Shown here: positions 22,194 to 34,321 of the stretch, piece after piece
How the letters are laid out: the number at the start of each line of letters is the position of its first letter
Position numbering within the stretch: position 1 is the stretch's first letter
Origin: Neodothiora populina
Lineage: Eukaryota
Length of the DNA stretch: 64,000 nt
Assembly (NCBI RefSeq): GCF_041146345.1
Contig: NW_027191419.1
Span: 496,001 to 560,000 of the forward strand
Direction: 5' to 3'
Made by a program: the position numbers and the translations under genes
The notes under the pieces: model-generated
Databases searched by the model: none
Seen by the model: only the letters and a program-made list of their open reading frames with translations
What the model was told of the DNA's origin: nothing

Positions 22194-22916
22194 TTACTCT
22201 TGGATGGAGCTGCACTGGATTGCACCTTCGTAATGGTAATCCATATCCGATGATGTCCATGTTTTCCAAGCTTCGTTTGCCTGTGAGGCTTTCTGCATGA
22301 ATAGATTCATTTTGATGCCTGTGTCGCACGTGATTGCGGCCTTTGTGCTTCGTTGCCATCTCCTGACTAAGTGGAGCGAGGTGCACGGCGGTTGACACAT
22401 ATACATTTTGCGCCAACTCGCATGTTCATAAAGCACTGCTGGATCTATGGAGGGTAGTCTGTCGGCTGGACAAGTGATGTTGACATCCCAGGACCAATGA
22501 CCCGAACTTGGCTTGTCTTTACGGGGGACGTCAATGCTGGACTCGTCATCCCGGGTTGACGCTCCGGAGTCTTGCTCTGCATCACTTGTGATTTTTAATG
22601 TGACCGTAGGATATCTGCCGTCGAGAATCCGTCTCAGCATGAGATTGTTCCTGGGCCTCTCGCCTGGTTTGTTGATCGGTCTTCGAGCATTGTACGACTT
22701 GGTTTCGAGTGACCAGTCCGGTCGCATGAATAGAAGACGCTGTATGGTCGGCGAATTGGTGATTACACCCCGCCATATTTGTGACACACGTTGAGCGACA
22801 AGAAGTTCAAGCGGAGGGAGAAAGGAGACAATGTTTTCAAGTAATTCAGGCGTATCAAGAACAAGCTGCGCTGCACTCGAGCTCGCCATGAACTCAGCTG
22901 CGTTCGAGAAATCCAT
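22194..22916 (-). CDS. F-box domain protein
   Basis: N-terminal fungal F-box signature VLDTPELLENIVSFLPPLELLVAQRVSQIWRGVITNSPTIQRLLF, plus SWRKMYMCQPP. Start could be ATG 22916 or 22889. Confidence 0.88.
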   Translation of the reverse strand: MDFSNAAEFMASSSAAQLVLDTPELLENIVSFLPPLELLVAQRVSQIWRGVITNSPTIQRLLFMRPDWSLETKSYNARRPINKPGERPRNNLMLRRILDGRYPTVTLKITSDAEQDSGASTRDDESSIDVPRKDKPSSGHWSWDVNITCPADRLPSIDPAVLYEHASWRKMYMCQPPCTSLHLVRRWQRSTKAAITCDTGIKMNLFMQKASQANEAWKTWTSSDMDYHYEGAIQCSSIQE

Positions 22917-24388
22917 TTCGACACAATTGCGCAGGAGAAATGTGAAGTGGTTTGGGGATAGGTGAGAAACGTGGGCAACGGGTGTCACGAGGGTATCATC
23001 ACTGGAAAAGCAAAAGGAAACTCTGACAACGGCCTACCCCTTACTATTCTGGCGCCGCTATGAAACGGTGTGTTATTGGTTGGAAGGGGATTAAATGGAT
23101 GTAAAGCAAAGAGATATCGTGACAGACTTGGCGTTTCTTATCTTTTGTTTTCATGGCGCGCATCATAGTGGCATCGAAATGACCAGCGTGAAAACCATGC
23201 GCGGAGCTCCATGGCTAAGTCGAGGTAAAATACCTTACCTACCTACGGTACCTACCTGTAGGATCTTGATAGAGATGAGCGTGAGCATGTGCCTCGGGGA
23301 GGTGCGTCATAGGTTTGGTGGGGTCGGCTGATCGCGCGTCTACACCCTTCCCATGAGCATCAGGCGTGCTGCCATCACCGATCGCGCTTTGCCGATGAAA
23401 GGGCTCGCCGGACGGGCTCAAATGAACGTCGCAATTGAACGGTATCGTACGTAAGGTACTGTTGGTCTAATGCTCTGATGCGGAACCTCCGTCTGGCCGG
23501 AGAAGAAACTGTGTAAGTGTCCGGTACAACTCGATGAGGCCGCAGCACTTATAGTACGTAGACACAACCAGATTACTTGACGTGGTCCATAGAGGATTTC
23601 CGAGGACTGTGTAAGCAGATATATACTCGTCAACACACGTCGTGTTCTGACTCTTCGAGACTCAGTGGCACTTGACGTTAAGAAGAGTGGAGGTCTCGAG
23701 TTTGCGTAAATGCTGTAGTCAATGTCACGATCATGAAAGATCCTTCGAGGGTTTGTAGGACATATTAACGTCACTCATGGTCTTGCCATGCAAAAATGAC
23801 CGCGACACCGTCGACCTTATCTCCTCAGACACTGTGAGCAAGAGCACCAAGTAGCCAGTAAGTAAGCCTCTCAAGTTCCTGAGGAGAGGGCATAGTATTT
23901 ATGTAGTTAAAAGAAGACACTACGTCAGTCAGTCGAAGGGCAGAATTAGAGAAATGTGTTAAGGCTGCGTGTAGATCCCACGCCTCGTCCGGAGTCCGAT
24001 GAATCCAAGTCCGAAAGTGGAAGCGCTACAGTAGATTTAGTGTAGCTATATCAATGCTCGACGACTGGATCCTGGAATGAACGTGTGCTTCATTTCTGGC
24101 GATGTACAGTATCGACAGAAGAGTTACGCCAGTGTCTGTGGGTGGTCGAGGTCGGAAGATGCAGTATATCTTAATCGATCACCATGGCTAAAGATACAAA
24201 CAAAGATAATTACAGTTGTGTCGTCTGTCACAAGGTATGCTCCTTAAATTCATAGTGCCAAGGGCGATACTATCGATAAGGTTTGGAAGTGGGATGCGCT
24301 TCTAGAGTCATCAACTTTTCTAGCACCGACTGTTTGTATATTATTTGATCAAGTCGCGAAATTCATATCAGAACAAAATTCACGTTCA

Positions 24389-25213
24389 ATGACAAGCATC
24401 ACGATTGGAGTGCTTGCCTTGCAAGGCGCATTCAGCGAGCATCTGCAATTGCTGCAACAAGCGTCGGATCTGGTGGCAAACGATTACCAAGACCAGCAGT
24501 TACAATGGCATTTCATCGAGGTGCGAAAAGTGGAGGAACTTGACAGATGCGACGGACTTATTCTCCCCGGAGGCGAAAGCACCACGATTTCCTTGGTGGC
24601 CGCTAGATCTGGCATTCTGGAGCCTCTACGCGAATATGTCAAAGTATCTAGGAAGCCGGTATGGGGAACATGTGCAGGCCTAATACTACTAGCCGAGTCG
24701 GCGAACAGAACCAAAGCAACGGGACAAGAGCTCCTCGGAGGACTGGACGTGCGGGTCAATCGCAACCATTTCGGACGACAAGTTGAGAGCTTCGAAGCAG
24801 AGTTGGACCTTCCCTTCCTGAAAGAAGTGGTAGGGCCTGACTCTGGCACGGACAAACAGCCCTTCCGCAGCGTCTTCATCCGCGCACCCGTCGTGGAGAA
24901 GATTCTCGAGCCACAATCAGGAATACAAGAAGCACAATCGCAGCTGGCAGATACAGTAGTGGCACCGTCCAAAGCAGCCACCACGACCGGACCCAAAGTC
25001 GGAGAATGGCCAGTCGAGGTCATGTGCCGACTGCCAGGACGAGCAAAAGCGCTGCGAGACAGAGAGGTGACTGCAAGCGAGATTGGCGAGGAGGGAGACA
25101 TTGTGGCAGTCAGACAAGGCAACGTCTTCGGAACGAGCTTCCACCCCGAGCTCACAGGCGACGCAAGGATTCACGCATGGTGGATGAAGCAAGTCGTGCA
25201 GAGTGTGCAGTAA
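24389..25213 (+). CDS. SNO1: Pyridoxal 5'-phosphate synthase glutaminase subunit (Sno1/Pdx2/PdxT)
   Basis: Motifs GVLALQGAF, LILPGGEST, WGTCAG, RNHFGRQVESF, FIRAP, SFHPEL. No introns. Confidence 0.97.
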   Translation: MTSITIGVLALQGAFSEHLQLLQQASDLVANDYQDQQLQWHFIEVRKVEELDRCDGLILPGGESTTISLVAARSGILEPLREYVKVSRKPVWGTCAGLILLAESANRTKATGQELLGGLDVRVNRNHFGRQVESFEAELDLPFLKEVVGPDSGTDKQPFRSVFIRAPVVEKILEPQSGIQEAQSQLADTVVAPSKAATTTGPKVGEWPVEVMCRLPGRAKALRDREVTASEIGEEGDIVAVRQGNVFGTSFHPELTGDARIHAWWMKQVVQSVQ

Positions 25214-25415
25214 AATAGACGCAAGGCTACTCCTCCTGTTATAGACATAGAGCATATCAAACGACTTCTGACCAATGTACGGTCCAGGGTAGTGGTATTG
25301 AAGAAAAGGTGTTTTGAGACGGCGCATGGGGCGCAACTCCAGACTCCAGAAGATTGTATGCGCGAGCGTATCGAAGGCTCAGGTCGCTAAAACGTGCAAG
25401 AACTGGCAGATTCCA

Positions 25416-26144
25416 CTACCTCATCTCGTCGTAGTCCTCCTTGAGTGCCCTGCCGTATCCTCCTCTGCCGGGATCAAACTCTTCTCTGTATTCATCTCTG
25501 ACCTGGCCACCGCTCTTGCCTCTTCCATACTGTCTGCCCTCGATGAAACCCTCATCTAGATCGGTTCGAATGATGCGCTCATCGAGTTTGGTGCCACCGA
25601 TGTATTTCAGGCAGTCCAGAGCATCGGCGTGAGTGTAGTATTCGACGAAGCAGAAGCCACAGGGCGTCTTCTGGAAGCGATCGAGACCCATGACCAGACG
25701 CTTAATCTCGCCGCATTTGGAAAAGAGCTCGTGGATTTGTTCTTCAGTGGTGTAGAAGGAGCTATTCGCAGTGGTGAGTTTAAATCAAGTGCGATGGACA
25801 TGACACGGGCGGAGTGAAACTGGTGGATGTGAAGGGATGGCGTACAGGTTACCAACGTAAAGAGTTGTTGCGTCCTTCAACTTGTCCTCGATTTCAGGCG
25901 AAGGTTCCCGAGTGTCATCAGGCGCGCGCACATACTTGCGCTTCTTCTATGTACATGATGGCAGATTAGCTAGTGACTCTGGCGCAATGTATTGCATTGA
26001 TCGAAGATTGATGCAGGCACTGGACTCGGTGCAGAAGCAGATGAAGATGTTCCAGAGGGAAGGGCGCAGTACCTTGCCAATCGTGTATGAACTAGGTCTA
26101 TCGAGTCTGTCGACAGTGCTCCGCAAATGCATTGTGAGAGCCAT
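25416..26144 (-). CDS. CBC2: Nuclear cap-binding protein subunit 2 (CBP20/NCBP2), 3 exons
   Basis: [70 protein letters not shown]. Introns ~26072-25948 and ~25846-25763. Start ATG 26144 or 26132. Confidence 0.96.
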
Positions 26145-26763
26145 GTTGTGTGTGTGGTGTGCTGCAGGGGAGATGGAGAAGAAGGAAAGAGATAGGGAAA
26201 GTATAGTATTGCGCAGGCAGGTACGATTTGAGTGACCAAACAAGAACAAGCTGTAAATGACAAGCTGGGTAGGTAACTTCCTCCTCCTGTAGTTTTGGTG
26301 ATGTGACGAGTTGACTGAAAGTGAAGATAGTAATGTCAGATTGATGAATAGGATAATTATCAAACAACGATGAAAACAACAATCAAATGAATCTGTATCT
26401 TTGACGGACAAATTGATTGTATAGCGCGGGTGGCCCGAGCTCTGTGATGATTTACGACTGATGGTTACTCTACACTCTGTATGCCGCTCTGCGTGTTTTA
26501 CCTCGACCATTTTGGATTCCTGACTGTTCTCGCTACAGCGACCCTTGCTTGATCATAATACAGTGTTTGCCTTGCCAGAACACACAGGATCTGGTTGCGC
26601 ATCCCAATCTGTGTTGAGTGTGATTCGTACCTCTTTTCTTCACAACCTGCGATACAACAACAACGCCATTTGCTGCTTTTCTCGCATTTACTTCGACCAC
26701 CGCCGACACCATTTTGGATACGACTATCAAAAAGTGTAATGATTGGCAGGTGAAGATAGCAGA

Positions 26764-29460
26764 ATGCCCAAGGTCCTCAGTTACACGCCATCATGGCTGT
26801 CCCGCCCGTCGCCTGGTTTCAGCTTTTTCCAGCCAGACGCGCAGACGAAAACACCCGTCGCGCTGAACAATGGATTGGGAAAGAAGGTGGAACATCACTC
26901 GCAGTCGCGGACCATCGCGCACAGAGGCACAGAGATATTTGCTGTAGTGGGTAATGAGATCCGATGGTCGAATCTGCTCATGTTAAGGGATGGCGCAAAG
27001 GAGCAAGATGCGCAACCGTCAACTGACGGTGCCGACGCTGCGTCCTTCAGACGTCTGAAAACTCCCGTCTCTGGCCAGATTCGCCAGCTTGTTGTGTCCC
27101 CTCTTGGAGATTTTCTGGCCATCCTCACTTCGCACACTGTTCATGTCGCCGTCCTTCCAGACTCTTCTCATCTCTCATCGCCGGATACTGCGCCTCTACG
27201 CCTCAAGACTTTTCAGTTGGGTCCCACTGCCCATGTCTTGGAACAAAGTCCTGTTGTTTCGGCATTATGGCATCCCTTAGCTCACTTGGGTGCTTGTCTC
27301 GTCACTGTCACCGCTGATGCCTGTGTACGTGTGTGGGAGCTTGATCGTGATGCTCGTCACTCATTCGATGAGCCTGCACTCGCTTTGGATCTGAAGAAAT
27401 TGGGTAATGCTTCTTCAGCAGATGAAGATTTCAGGGCTTCAAAATACGGCACCAGCAAAGCCTTCTCCCCCGACTCGGTCGAAATGGAGGTTGCTGCTGC
27501 TTGTTTCGGTGGCAGTGGCACATCCGAGGAACACGGCTGGTCTCCCATGACCCTCTGGCTCGCCATGACCGAGGGCGATGTCTATGCCCTTTGCCCTTTG
27601 CTACCTTCCAAATGGGAACCCACTCCCACTACCATTCCGTCTCTGTCTACTTCGGTCGTCTCCAAGGCTACCATGATCTCCCATGATCCCGATGCTTCAG
27701 CAGATGATCGCCGCATTACCGAGCATCAACAAAAATGGTTGGCCGACATTGATTCCCAAGATCCTCTTTCCTCCACTCACCCGGACACGTTTCGCCAATC
27801 CGATGTCTACTTCCGTCCCACGAGTCCTCCAGCCATCCCGAAGCTGCAGGGTCCCTTTCAACTCACTCCCGAACCAGAATTTAGTGAAGTCTCGGATATC
27901 TTTGTTATTGCTCCAAGGATCGATGATGACGCTATGTTGGGTGACGAGGACGAGATGGACTTTTTCGAGCCCGAAGGTCTGTCTGTGGCCGTCATTTGTT
28001 TGGCGACTAGAGATGGCAATGTCCATATTTGCTTAGACCTTAATGGTGTCGAGGCTCAATGGCTTCCCTCAAGACGCGTAAGTCTTTACAGCCTCAAATC
28101 CGTTGACATCAGTATTGACCAGCAGCAGGCCAAATTTCAACGCGAGGATTTGGAAATCTCCTATAGCGATCTTGTCCTGGTGGAGACGGTCAAGTCTGGC
28201 GCTTCTCTGCCATCTCAATCGTCGTGGCCCACTTTCACCAAAGACCCCACCAACCGTTACGCTTTCTTTATGACACTTAGCCATGGCTTGTTCTCCTACT
28301 CGCTGAATCCTTGGATCGCGAACCTGGAGCAGGAGTTGGCAAACCCGACCGATTCAGGAGCTGCTTTCCGCCTTGATATCTTATTGGAATCGGAGAGAAC
28401 GGCTGTCGATCAGATCTTGCAGCTTGCAAACTCATCGGACGAGACAGTCAACTTCAATGCTTGCATATCCCTCCTTGACCCTGACCTGGGCTGGGTTGTT
28501 TTGATCAGCACAACACGCAATCAGCCGTATACCGTCATTCTGGATATTCCAGTCGACAGCGACATGTACGACATTTTCGCTCCTGATTCGGCGCCCTTGA
28601 CTTTGCCAGCTCCAGAACCTCGCCAACATTATCAACCTGATGAAGCCTTCTTCACACCATCCACGCTCCCCGCCTTCCTCGACTCGGTCACACAGTCCGC
28701 CAATACACGACTGAAGAAAAGCGATCTCAAGGCTCAGGTCCGCTTCTCACCCGCCACTCTGCAGCTCTTGACAGAAGCACACCGTGTCTTGTCCACCGAG
28801 ACGAATAGACTGGGAGCCGCTGCTGCTGATCTGTTTCGTCGGTGCGAGCGCATGAAGCTCGAGCTCACTGAGCAGATCCGCAGAGTGGACGAGATCGCTA
28901 AGCGCATCGAGTCCGTCACAGGTGATGACGACGAAGGCGCGGAAGATGAACAGAACAGCGGATCAAGCGTGGGTCGAGTGGTAGGAAGAGAAAAGATCGA
29001 GCGCCGCATGGCCACGGCTACGGATCGCTCTCAACGTCTACAAGACCGCGTCGAGGCGCTCAGGCGGAAGATGACCAATCTAGGTGGAAAGGAGCTCACA
29101 GCACGAGAAGAAGCCTGGGCAGAGGAGGTTCTCGCACTGAAGAAGAGTATCGGCGGCATCGACAAGGACGAGCCCACCGTTGAGCAAGCAGACAACAGCA
29201 GCGAAGCCAAATCGCTATCGAGCCGTCTAAACACCGTCGCGGAACTGCAGAAAGATCTCCTTTCGAAGGCAAAGGCTGTCCAGGACAGGCAAAACGGGGA
29301 TGCCGAAAACAGCAATAACGACGGTCTCGATGGTGCTCGTGTGCCATTGGACTTCAGAAAACAGAAGATCCAACAGGTAATGCAGCTTTTGCAACGTGAG
29401 ACGGCATTGGTCGACGCTGTCACGGAACGTCTGGGAAGACTAGGTGGTATTGGCTCCTAA
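26764..29460 (+). CDS. NUP82: Nucleoporin Nup82 (beta-propeller + C-terminal coiled coil); probable intron 28078-28128
   Basis: MPKVLSYTPSWLSRPSPG, IAHRGTEIF, SALWHPL, DVYALCPLLP, LFRRCERM..EL..QI coiled coil. Confidence 0.9.
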   Translation: MPKVLSYTPSWLSRPSPGFSFFQPDAQTKTPVALNNGLGKKVEHHSQSRTIAHRGTEIFAVVGNEIRWSNLLMLRDGAKEQDAQPSTDGADAASFRRLKTPVSGQIRQLVVSPLGDFLAILTSHTVHVAVLPDSSHLSSPDTAPLRLKTFQLGPTAHVLEQSPVVSALWHPLAHLGACLVTVTADACVRVWELDRDARHSFDEPALALDLKKLGNASSADEDFRASKYGTSKAFSPDSVEMEVAAACFGGSGTSEEHGWSPMTLWLAMTEGDVYALCPLLPSKWEPTPTTIPSLSTSVVSKATMISHDPDASADDRRITEHQQKWLADIDSQDPLSSTHPDTFRQSDVYFRPTSPPAIPKLQGPFQLTPEPEFSEVSDIFVIAPRIDDDAMLGDEDEMDFFEPEGLSVAVICLATRDGNVHICLDLNGVEAQWLPSRRVSLYSLKSVDISIDQQQAKFQREDLEISYSDLVLVETVKSGASLPSQSSWPTFTKDPTNRYAFFMTLSHGLFSYSLNPWIANLEQELANPTDSGAAFRLDILLESERTAVDQILQLANSSDETVNFNACISLLDPDLGWVVLISTTRNQPYTVILDIPVDSDMYDIFAPDSAPLTLPAPEPRQHYQPDEAFFTPSTLPAFLDSVTQSANTRLKKSDLKAQVRFSPATLQLLTEAHRVLSTETNRLGAAAADLFRRCERMKLELTEQIRRVDEIAKRIESVTGDDDEGAEDEQNSGSSVGRVVGREKIERRMATATDRSQRLQDRVEALRRKMTNLGGKELTAREEAWAEEVLALKKSIGGIDKDEPTVEQADNSSEAKSLSSRLNTVAELQKDLLSKAKAVQDRQNGDAENSNNDGLDGARVPLDFRKQKIQQVMQLLQRETALVDAVTERLGRLGGIGS

Positions 29461-30612
29461 GAACCAGGCATTAGTCCACGTTCGGTAGCTGTTGCTTGTC
29501 CATTGTACAATATAGAAAAGAAAACGTCATCAATGAGTGAAATCAGTAATAGGTATTATTCACTTGCCCACTCATTCTGTACAGAAAATGCCTGACGATC
29601 ATCGCAGCACTGCGACCTGATGTAGCACTACTCTCTCTATCGCCTACAGTGAATCAAGGATGGTAAATAGATCGACTACGGTAAGCAGCTGCTGGCCGAC
29701 ATAAGGTAATCTGAGGTACGGCAGGTGATGGAGCAAACAGGATGGCTAACCTAATGAGGCTAGTCTGTTTCTTACGCTTGAAAGCATCGCTTCAATTATG
29801 GAGCTCTCATCCGGCTACAATAATCGAGTGAGATAAGACAGACACAGTGTGAAGATGACCATGAATCGCAAGCGATCCTACAAAAAGAGAAGAGAACGAT
29901 GACATGACCTAGGATGGCTTCCGCCCCTGACTCATCTCAATTTCTGATCATGGTCGGTAACGCAAGCTTGTCGAGGCAAGTGCAGTTCATTCGTACTTTT
30001 GGATCGTAGTTATTTGACTTATGGCTCGGGAGTGTCGAAAGCGAGCTAGGCGGTGGCTAGCCTGTTGAGGTTAGCTTTCATCATTGCTCTTATCGGTGTC
30101 ACATGCGTTTCGCTGTTCAGTCAACCAGTTGTTGCTCACTGGAGCTGCAGGAATGGAGTTGTGTTGTGTGGCACTTTGTCTTCCTCTTCTTCCTCCTCTG
30201 GAGCGTAGCGATGGTTGTTTGGGTCTCTTCCTTGCTGGAGAAAGTATCGTGAGTTTCAAGTGGCTTACGAGGTCGGGAAGAGGCGGCATGAAGAGGGAGA
30301 AAGCAGAGAAGAACAAGCAAAGCAGTATGGTCAGAAATTGATTGCATCGCTCCTTCATAGAGTAGGGGAATGGGTCATTTGGCTATGTATATTGGTTGCT
30401 CCGGCTCCAGCCACCTTGTAAATCAGTCAGAAGGCCTCGAGTCTATCTAGGCTTCTCATAACTGCGCAATCAATTAGGTTTCATGCATAGACAGCCTTCA
30501 TCTACTACTTCTTCACCTCGCTCCTTCACTGTACCATATTCTATTCTATGTTGAAGATCGTGCGTATCTTATCGTGTCATTCATATCGAAAGGCAAGAGA
30601 CAGATGTGTCTC

Positions 30613-31850
30613 TCATGCCAAAGCAGACCCCATACCTCTAATACCCCTCTTCTCAGCCTCACTCAACGAGATGCCAAACCACTTCTCCAGAACCTCGATC
30701 CTCTGCTCTTCCGTCTCAAGCTCTCTACTATCCACCGTCTCACCCTCCACCACCCTATTGAATGTATTCCCAAACACCGATCTCTGGCCCGTGACTTGAT
30801 CCCCGTCAACTTCCCACTTGACGCACACTACCGTCCTGGTGAACCAGCTGCGCGGACTCGTGCTGGTCCAGTGATTCATGACCTCGAAGTCTGCTGGAGT
30901 GAAAGACGTGTTGTCCGGGAAGCAATACATTGGTTTCCAATCCTCGGACGAGTGGTTCTGTTTCTCGTAGACCCATAACTTGTCTTCTGAGGGCGAGACG
31001 CTGGGCAGATGGATGTGGGAGTAGCGCACGACTTGCGTAGGCCCGATATTGCGCTGCGGGTTGTGGTGGAGGAGGGGCAGAGGGTGGGTTGGTCCGCCGC
31101 CGCCAAAGCCGACGTCCACGCCGTAGCGTTTGTCGCCGATTGTGACGATGTTCAGCATGTGGGACCTGGTATCTGATCAGAGAGAGGGCTGCTCCCGAGG
31201 AAGGAGTGGACGCAGGAAGGAGAGTGCTCCGGTATCTGCTTATTCACAAGGATGCGCAAAGGATAATACCCTACAACCCATCAGGTATCCTTTTTCTTCA
31301 CTCACCAACCAGAGTATTTCTTCTCGTCACCTAGACACAACAACACAGTCAGTCAGCTTTCCTTTCTGTCTTGTCTTTCTTCCGCTTTCCACTTGCCCTC
31401 TCACACTCCACCAAAAGCCAACCCAACAAGAAAAAGAAGGAAAGGAGAAAACTAACCTCCTTCAACAGCAGCATCAATCCTCGGCCCAGTAGCCAAGACC
31501 TCAAACCCCAATCCCCTAAGCACATATCCAAACAGCGCGTTATTCTGCATACAATACCCACCCCTCCCTGCGCCTGTGGCCCTCCCTTCCCTGCGCTGCA
31601 CAACCATCTCCCACAAAACCTCCGGATCAATTGACACAGCATGATGCGTCGAGTAATGCAGATCCAGGTTCTCAAACGGCATAGACGCCAGCGTATATCT
31701 TTGCAGCGCGGCGAGGAACGCTAGACCTTTCGATGGGTCGGTTGCGACCGCTGCGCTGGAGGGGCCTGGGGCGTGGCGGTGGGGTGAGGGCAGGCCAATG
31801 TGCTCGTAAAAGGCCGTGAGTTGGGTGGGGGTGTAGATTTGGGATGTCAT
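30613..31850 (-). CDS. Arylamine N-acetyltransferase; exons 31850-31457, 31330-31306, 31165-30613
   Basis: PFENLDLHYS, GRGGYC (catalytic Cys), W|SHMLNIV (His), VDVGFGG (Asp). A 25-nt middle exon GDEKKYSGW keeps the frame. Confidence 0.93.
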
Positions 31851-32332
31851 TTGCGTGGGTAGGGGGCTCGTTGGGGGTTGCGGTGGTGGAGAGAGGGGAG
31901 ATTGGGTCCTTGTTGCTTCATATAGTCAATTCTCACCCGTCGTCGTCGTCCTTGTAGTACAGTCTATCGCATAAAATGTATATATGCCGATATACCGCAG
32001 GCTGCGGTCCGCATACCTGCGCATACTGTAGAATAAGGTACCTTACCTTACCTTTTGCATCACTGAGCTCACACTGTGACAAAAAAAGCTTAAAGTGCGC
32101 TTTCCCCCGCCTACGTCACTTTGCGAAGCGTGCTCGGACTTGGACTGGACATATCTCCGTCGCCTGAGCGGGCTCTTCGATCGTCTGGTGAACGCGGGGA
32201 AAGGTAAGGTATCCTGAAAACATCGGAGAGATTGACGTATTTCCCATGCCCATGTAAGAGAAGAAATAAAAGAAAAAACAATTGCGCCCGTGTCCGCGTG
32301 GTGTCGACTGTCAGAACTCCCCGCGTTCGGAC

Positions 32333-34321
32333 TCATATAGCGGGCGCTGCCTCGCTGTATTCTCTCTGCCAAGCTACTATCTGCTTGGTCAGGACATCCA
32401 TCATCTCTCTGCTCGTCATCTCGTTGAAGCGATCCTGAGATCTCGTAGTATCGGGATCTCGAACGGGACCGCCCTTGATTGCCAGAGTATGCGTCGCCGG
32501 AGCCCTGACTCCGGTCACTTCGATCTGGGCTTTGTTGATGTAGTCGATCATCAACGTTGTCGCCTTCTTCATGTCGTTCAAACTCATTCCGTCCTTTTCC
32601 CGCTCCTCATTGACATCTGCGTCTGCTGCCAGATGCCGGGCGTTCTTACCCTTTGCCTTGCTGCCTTTGGACTTGACAGGCGCAACAGCCTCATGGACAC
32701 TGCTCGGGCTGTTTTTGGAGTGTGAAGCGGAGTTTGACTCGGCGGCGGTGGTCGATTGCGGATCCTCACCACTACTTGTTTGAGCTCGAGCTTGCGACGT
32801 GGGGCGATGCGGAGAGTCGGCGTCTTTCAGTGAGAAGTCGCGATCCTTGGTGTGTTGATTGCGTCCAGAGCGCTTCTGCGTTTTTCTGTTGCCACCCTTT
32901 TTATGCGAGCTTCCAGGCGCCTGCGGTGGAGCGAAGTCTCTCGGACTCGGAGGCTGGGACGGTGTCAGTACGATCGCGCTCTCTGGCTTCGGCGTGTCTT
33001 CGATCGCTTCCTCTGCAGAGACAAGTCAGCACTGGTGTATACGTTGTTGGAGGGCTACTGACCATCTCCTCGCCGTCGTCCAGCTCTCTGCTGTCGTCGA
33101 CCTGCCGCCTCAACTCGTTGAGCCTCTCGCGTCTGTGCTCTATCGCGCTCGATGAGCTCTTTTTGTCGGTGGCTTTCGCCCGCCACACTCCTGGCTTTCT
33201 TCGATGTGCCTGCCGATGTCCTCGTTGCGTTGTCGTCATCTGAATCGGCCATGTTCGAGGCAGTGTGCATTGTGGATGGAGGATCGGGTGATTCTGAGTT
33301 GGTGCGCTGGCGCTTGACCTCATGTCTGAGTCTGTATCTTTGTGCGTTAGAGACAGAGGGCAAGAACATCACAGAAGCAAGGAACCTACTCGTCGCTGCT
33401 ATCATCCCTGCCGCGTTTGCCCTTCCTGAGACTTGCAATGGACAGACCCGAGGGATTGCCTTCGCCCTTGCTCTCTTCGATGACCCTCCGTAGTGTCTCC
33501 TCGTCTTCATACGTCTGGCGGCTGTTCATGGTAGACCTGCGCTTGGCGGCCGTCGAGTCAACGCTCGCCCGTGATACATTTTCCCGCTCCTTTGTCGCTT
33601 TTGCGTCGCTGTCTTTGGTGAAGGAGGCTTTTCGAGCCGATTTTGCCTCGTGAGGGTAGAGCGGCAGATAGCGTGAATAACGTTGACTGCTCGGAGACGT
33701 ATCAGTATGCCGAAGTGCTCAGAGCAAAGGTGGATGATGTGGGACGACTTACCCGCGTGAGTCAGACATGACATTGTGAAGGCTCTTGTCGCACATTTCG
33801 CAAAAGTAGTTTTCGGGACTCTTGCTCTCGTCCATGATACCTACACATCCTCCATGCTGCCAGACATGGCATTTGTCGCACTGGATGAATAGACCTCCGG
33901 CGTCTTCAGACACGCCTTCGATAGAGAGGTCGCTTGTGAGAGGCGGACCGGGATATTCCTGGTGACCACAGACGCAGCGAGTGACATCGTCCTCTCCTTC
34001 ACCTGCCTCTACATCTTCATCCATGTCCACATCCAGTCCTCTTGCTGTATGTCCACCGAGCTCGTCGTCATCGGCAGTCTGACGGGTACTACGGCGGGCC
34101 AAGGGCAGCGCACCGCTGACTTGGATGGCGCCGTCACGGTCGGACAGCGAGGCTGGAGAGATGGATTTGTGGCGTGGCGAGGTTCTGTGGTGCGATCGGG
34201 TGTTGCGCTCTGGGCGAGCAGAGGATAGCGAAGATGAGCTCGTCGCAGTCATCGACGACGAGTGTGAATTGGGGTGTGATCGATTGGGAGGAGAATTTCT
34301 TGCGCGGAGCGAAGAACGCAT
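32333..34321 (-). CDS. CTI6: PHD-finger Rpd3L-associated protein Cti6-like, 4 exons
   Basis: PHD finger VTRCVCG..FIQCDKCHVWQHGGCVGI..YFCEMC. After splicing: KRRSTMNSR, GRNQHTKDRD and C-terminal SLNDMKK..MIDYI..EMMDVLTKQIVAWQREY. Confidence 0.88.

Noticed and set aside
22920..24388. Expected SNZ1/PDX1 partner divergent from SNO1
   Set aside because: No PDX1-like coding sequence; the neighbour is an F-box gene.
26335..26405. Possible C/D snoRNA (TTGATGA...TTGAC)
   Set aside because: Imperfect C box, no terminal CTGA D box and no identifiable guide.
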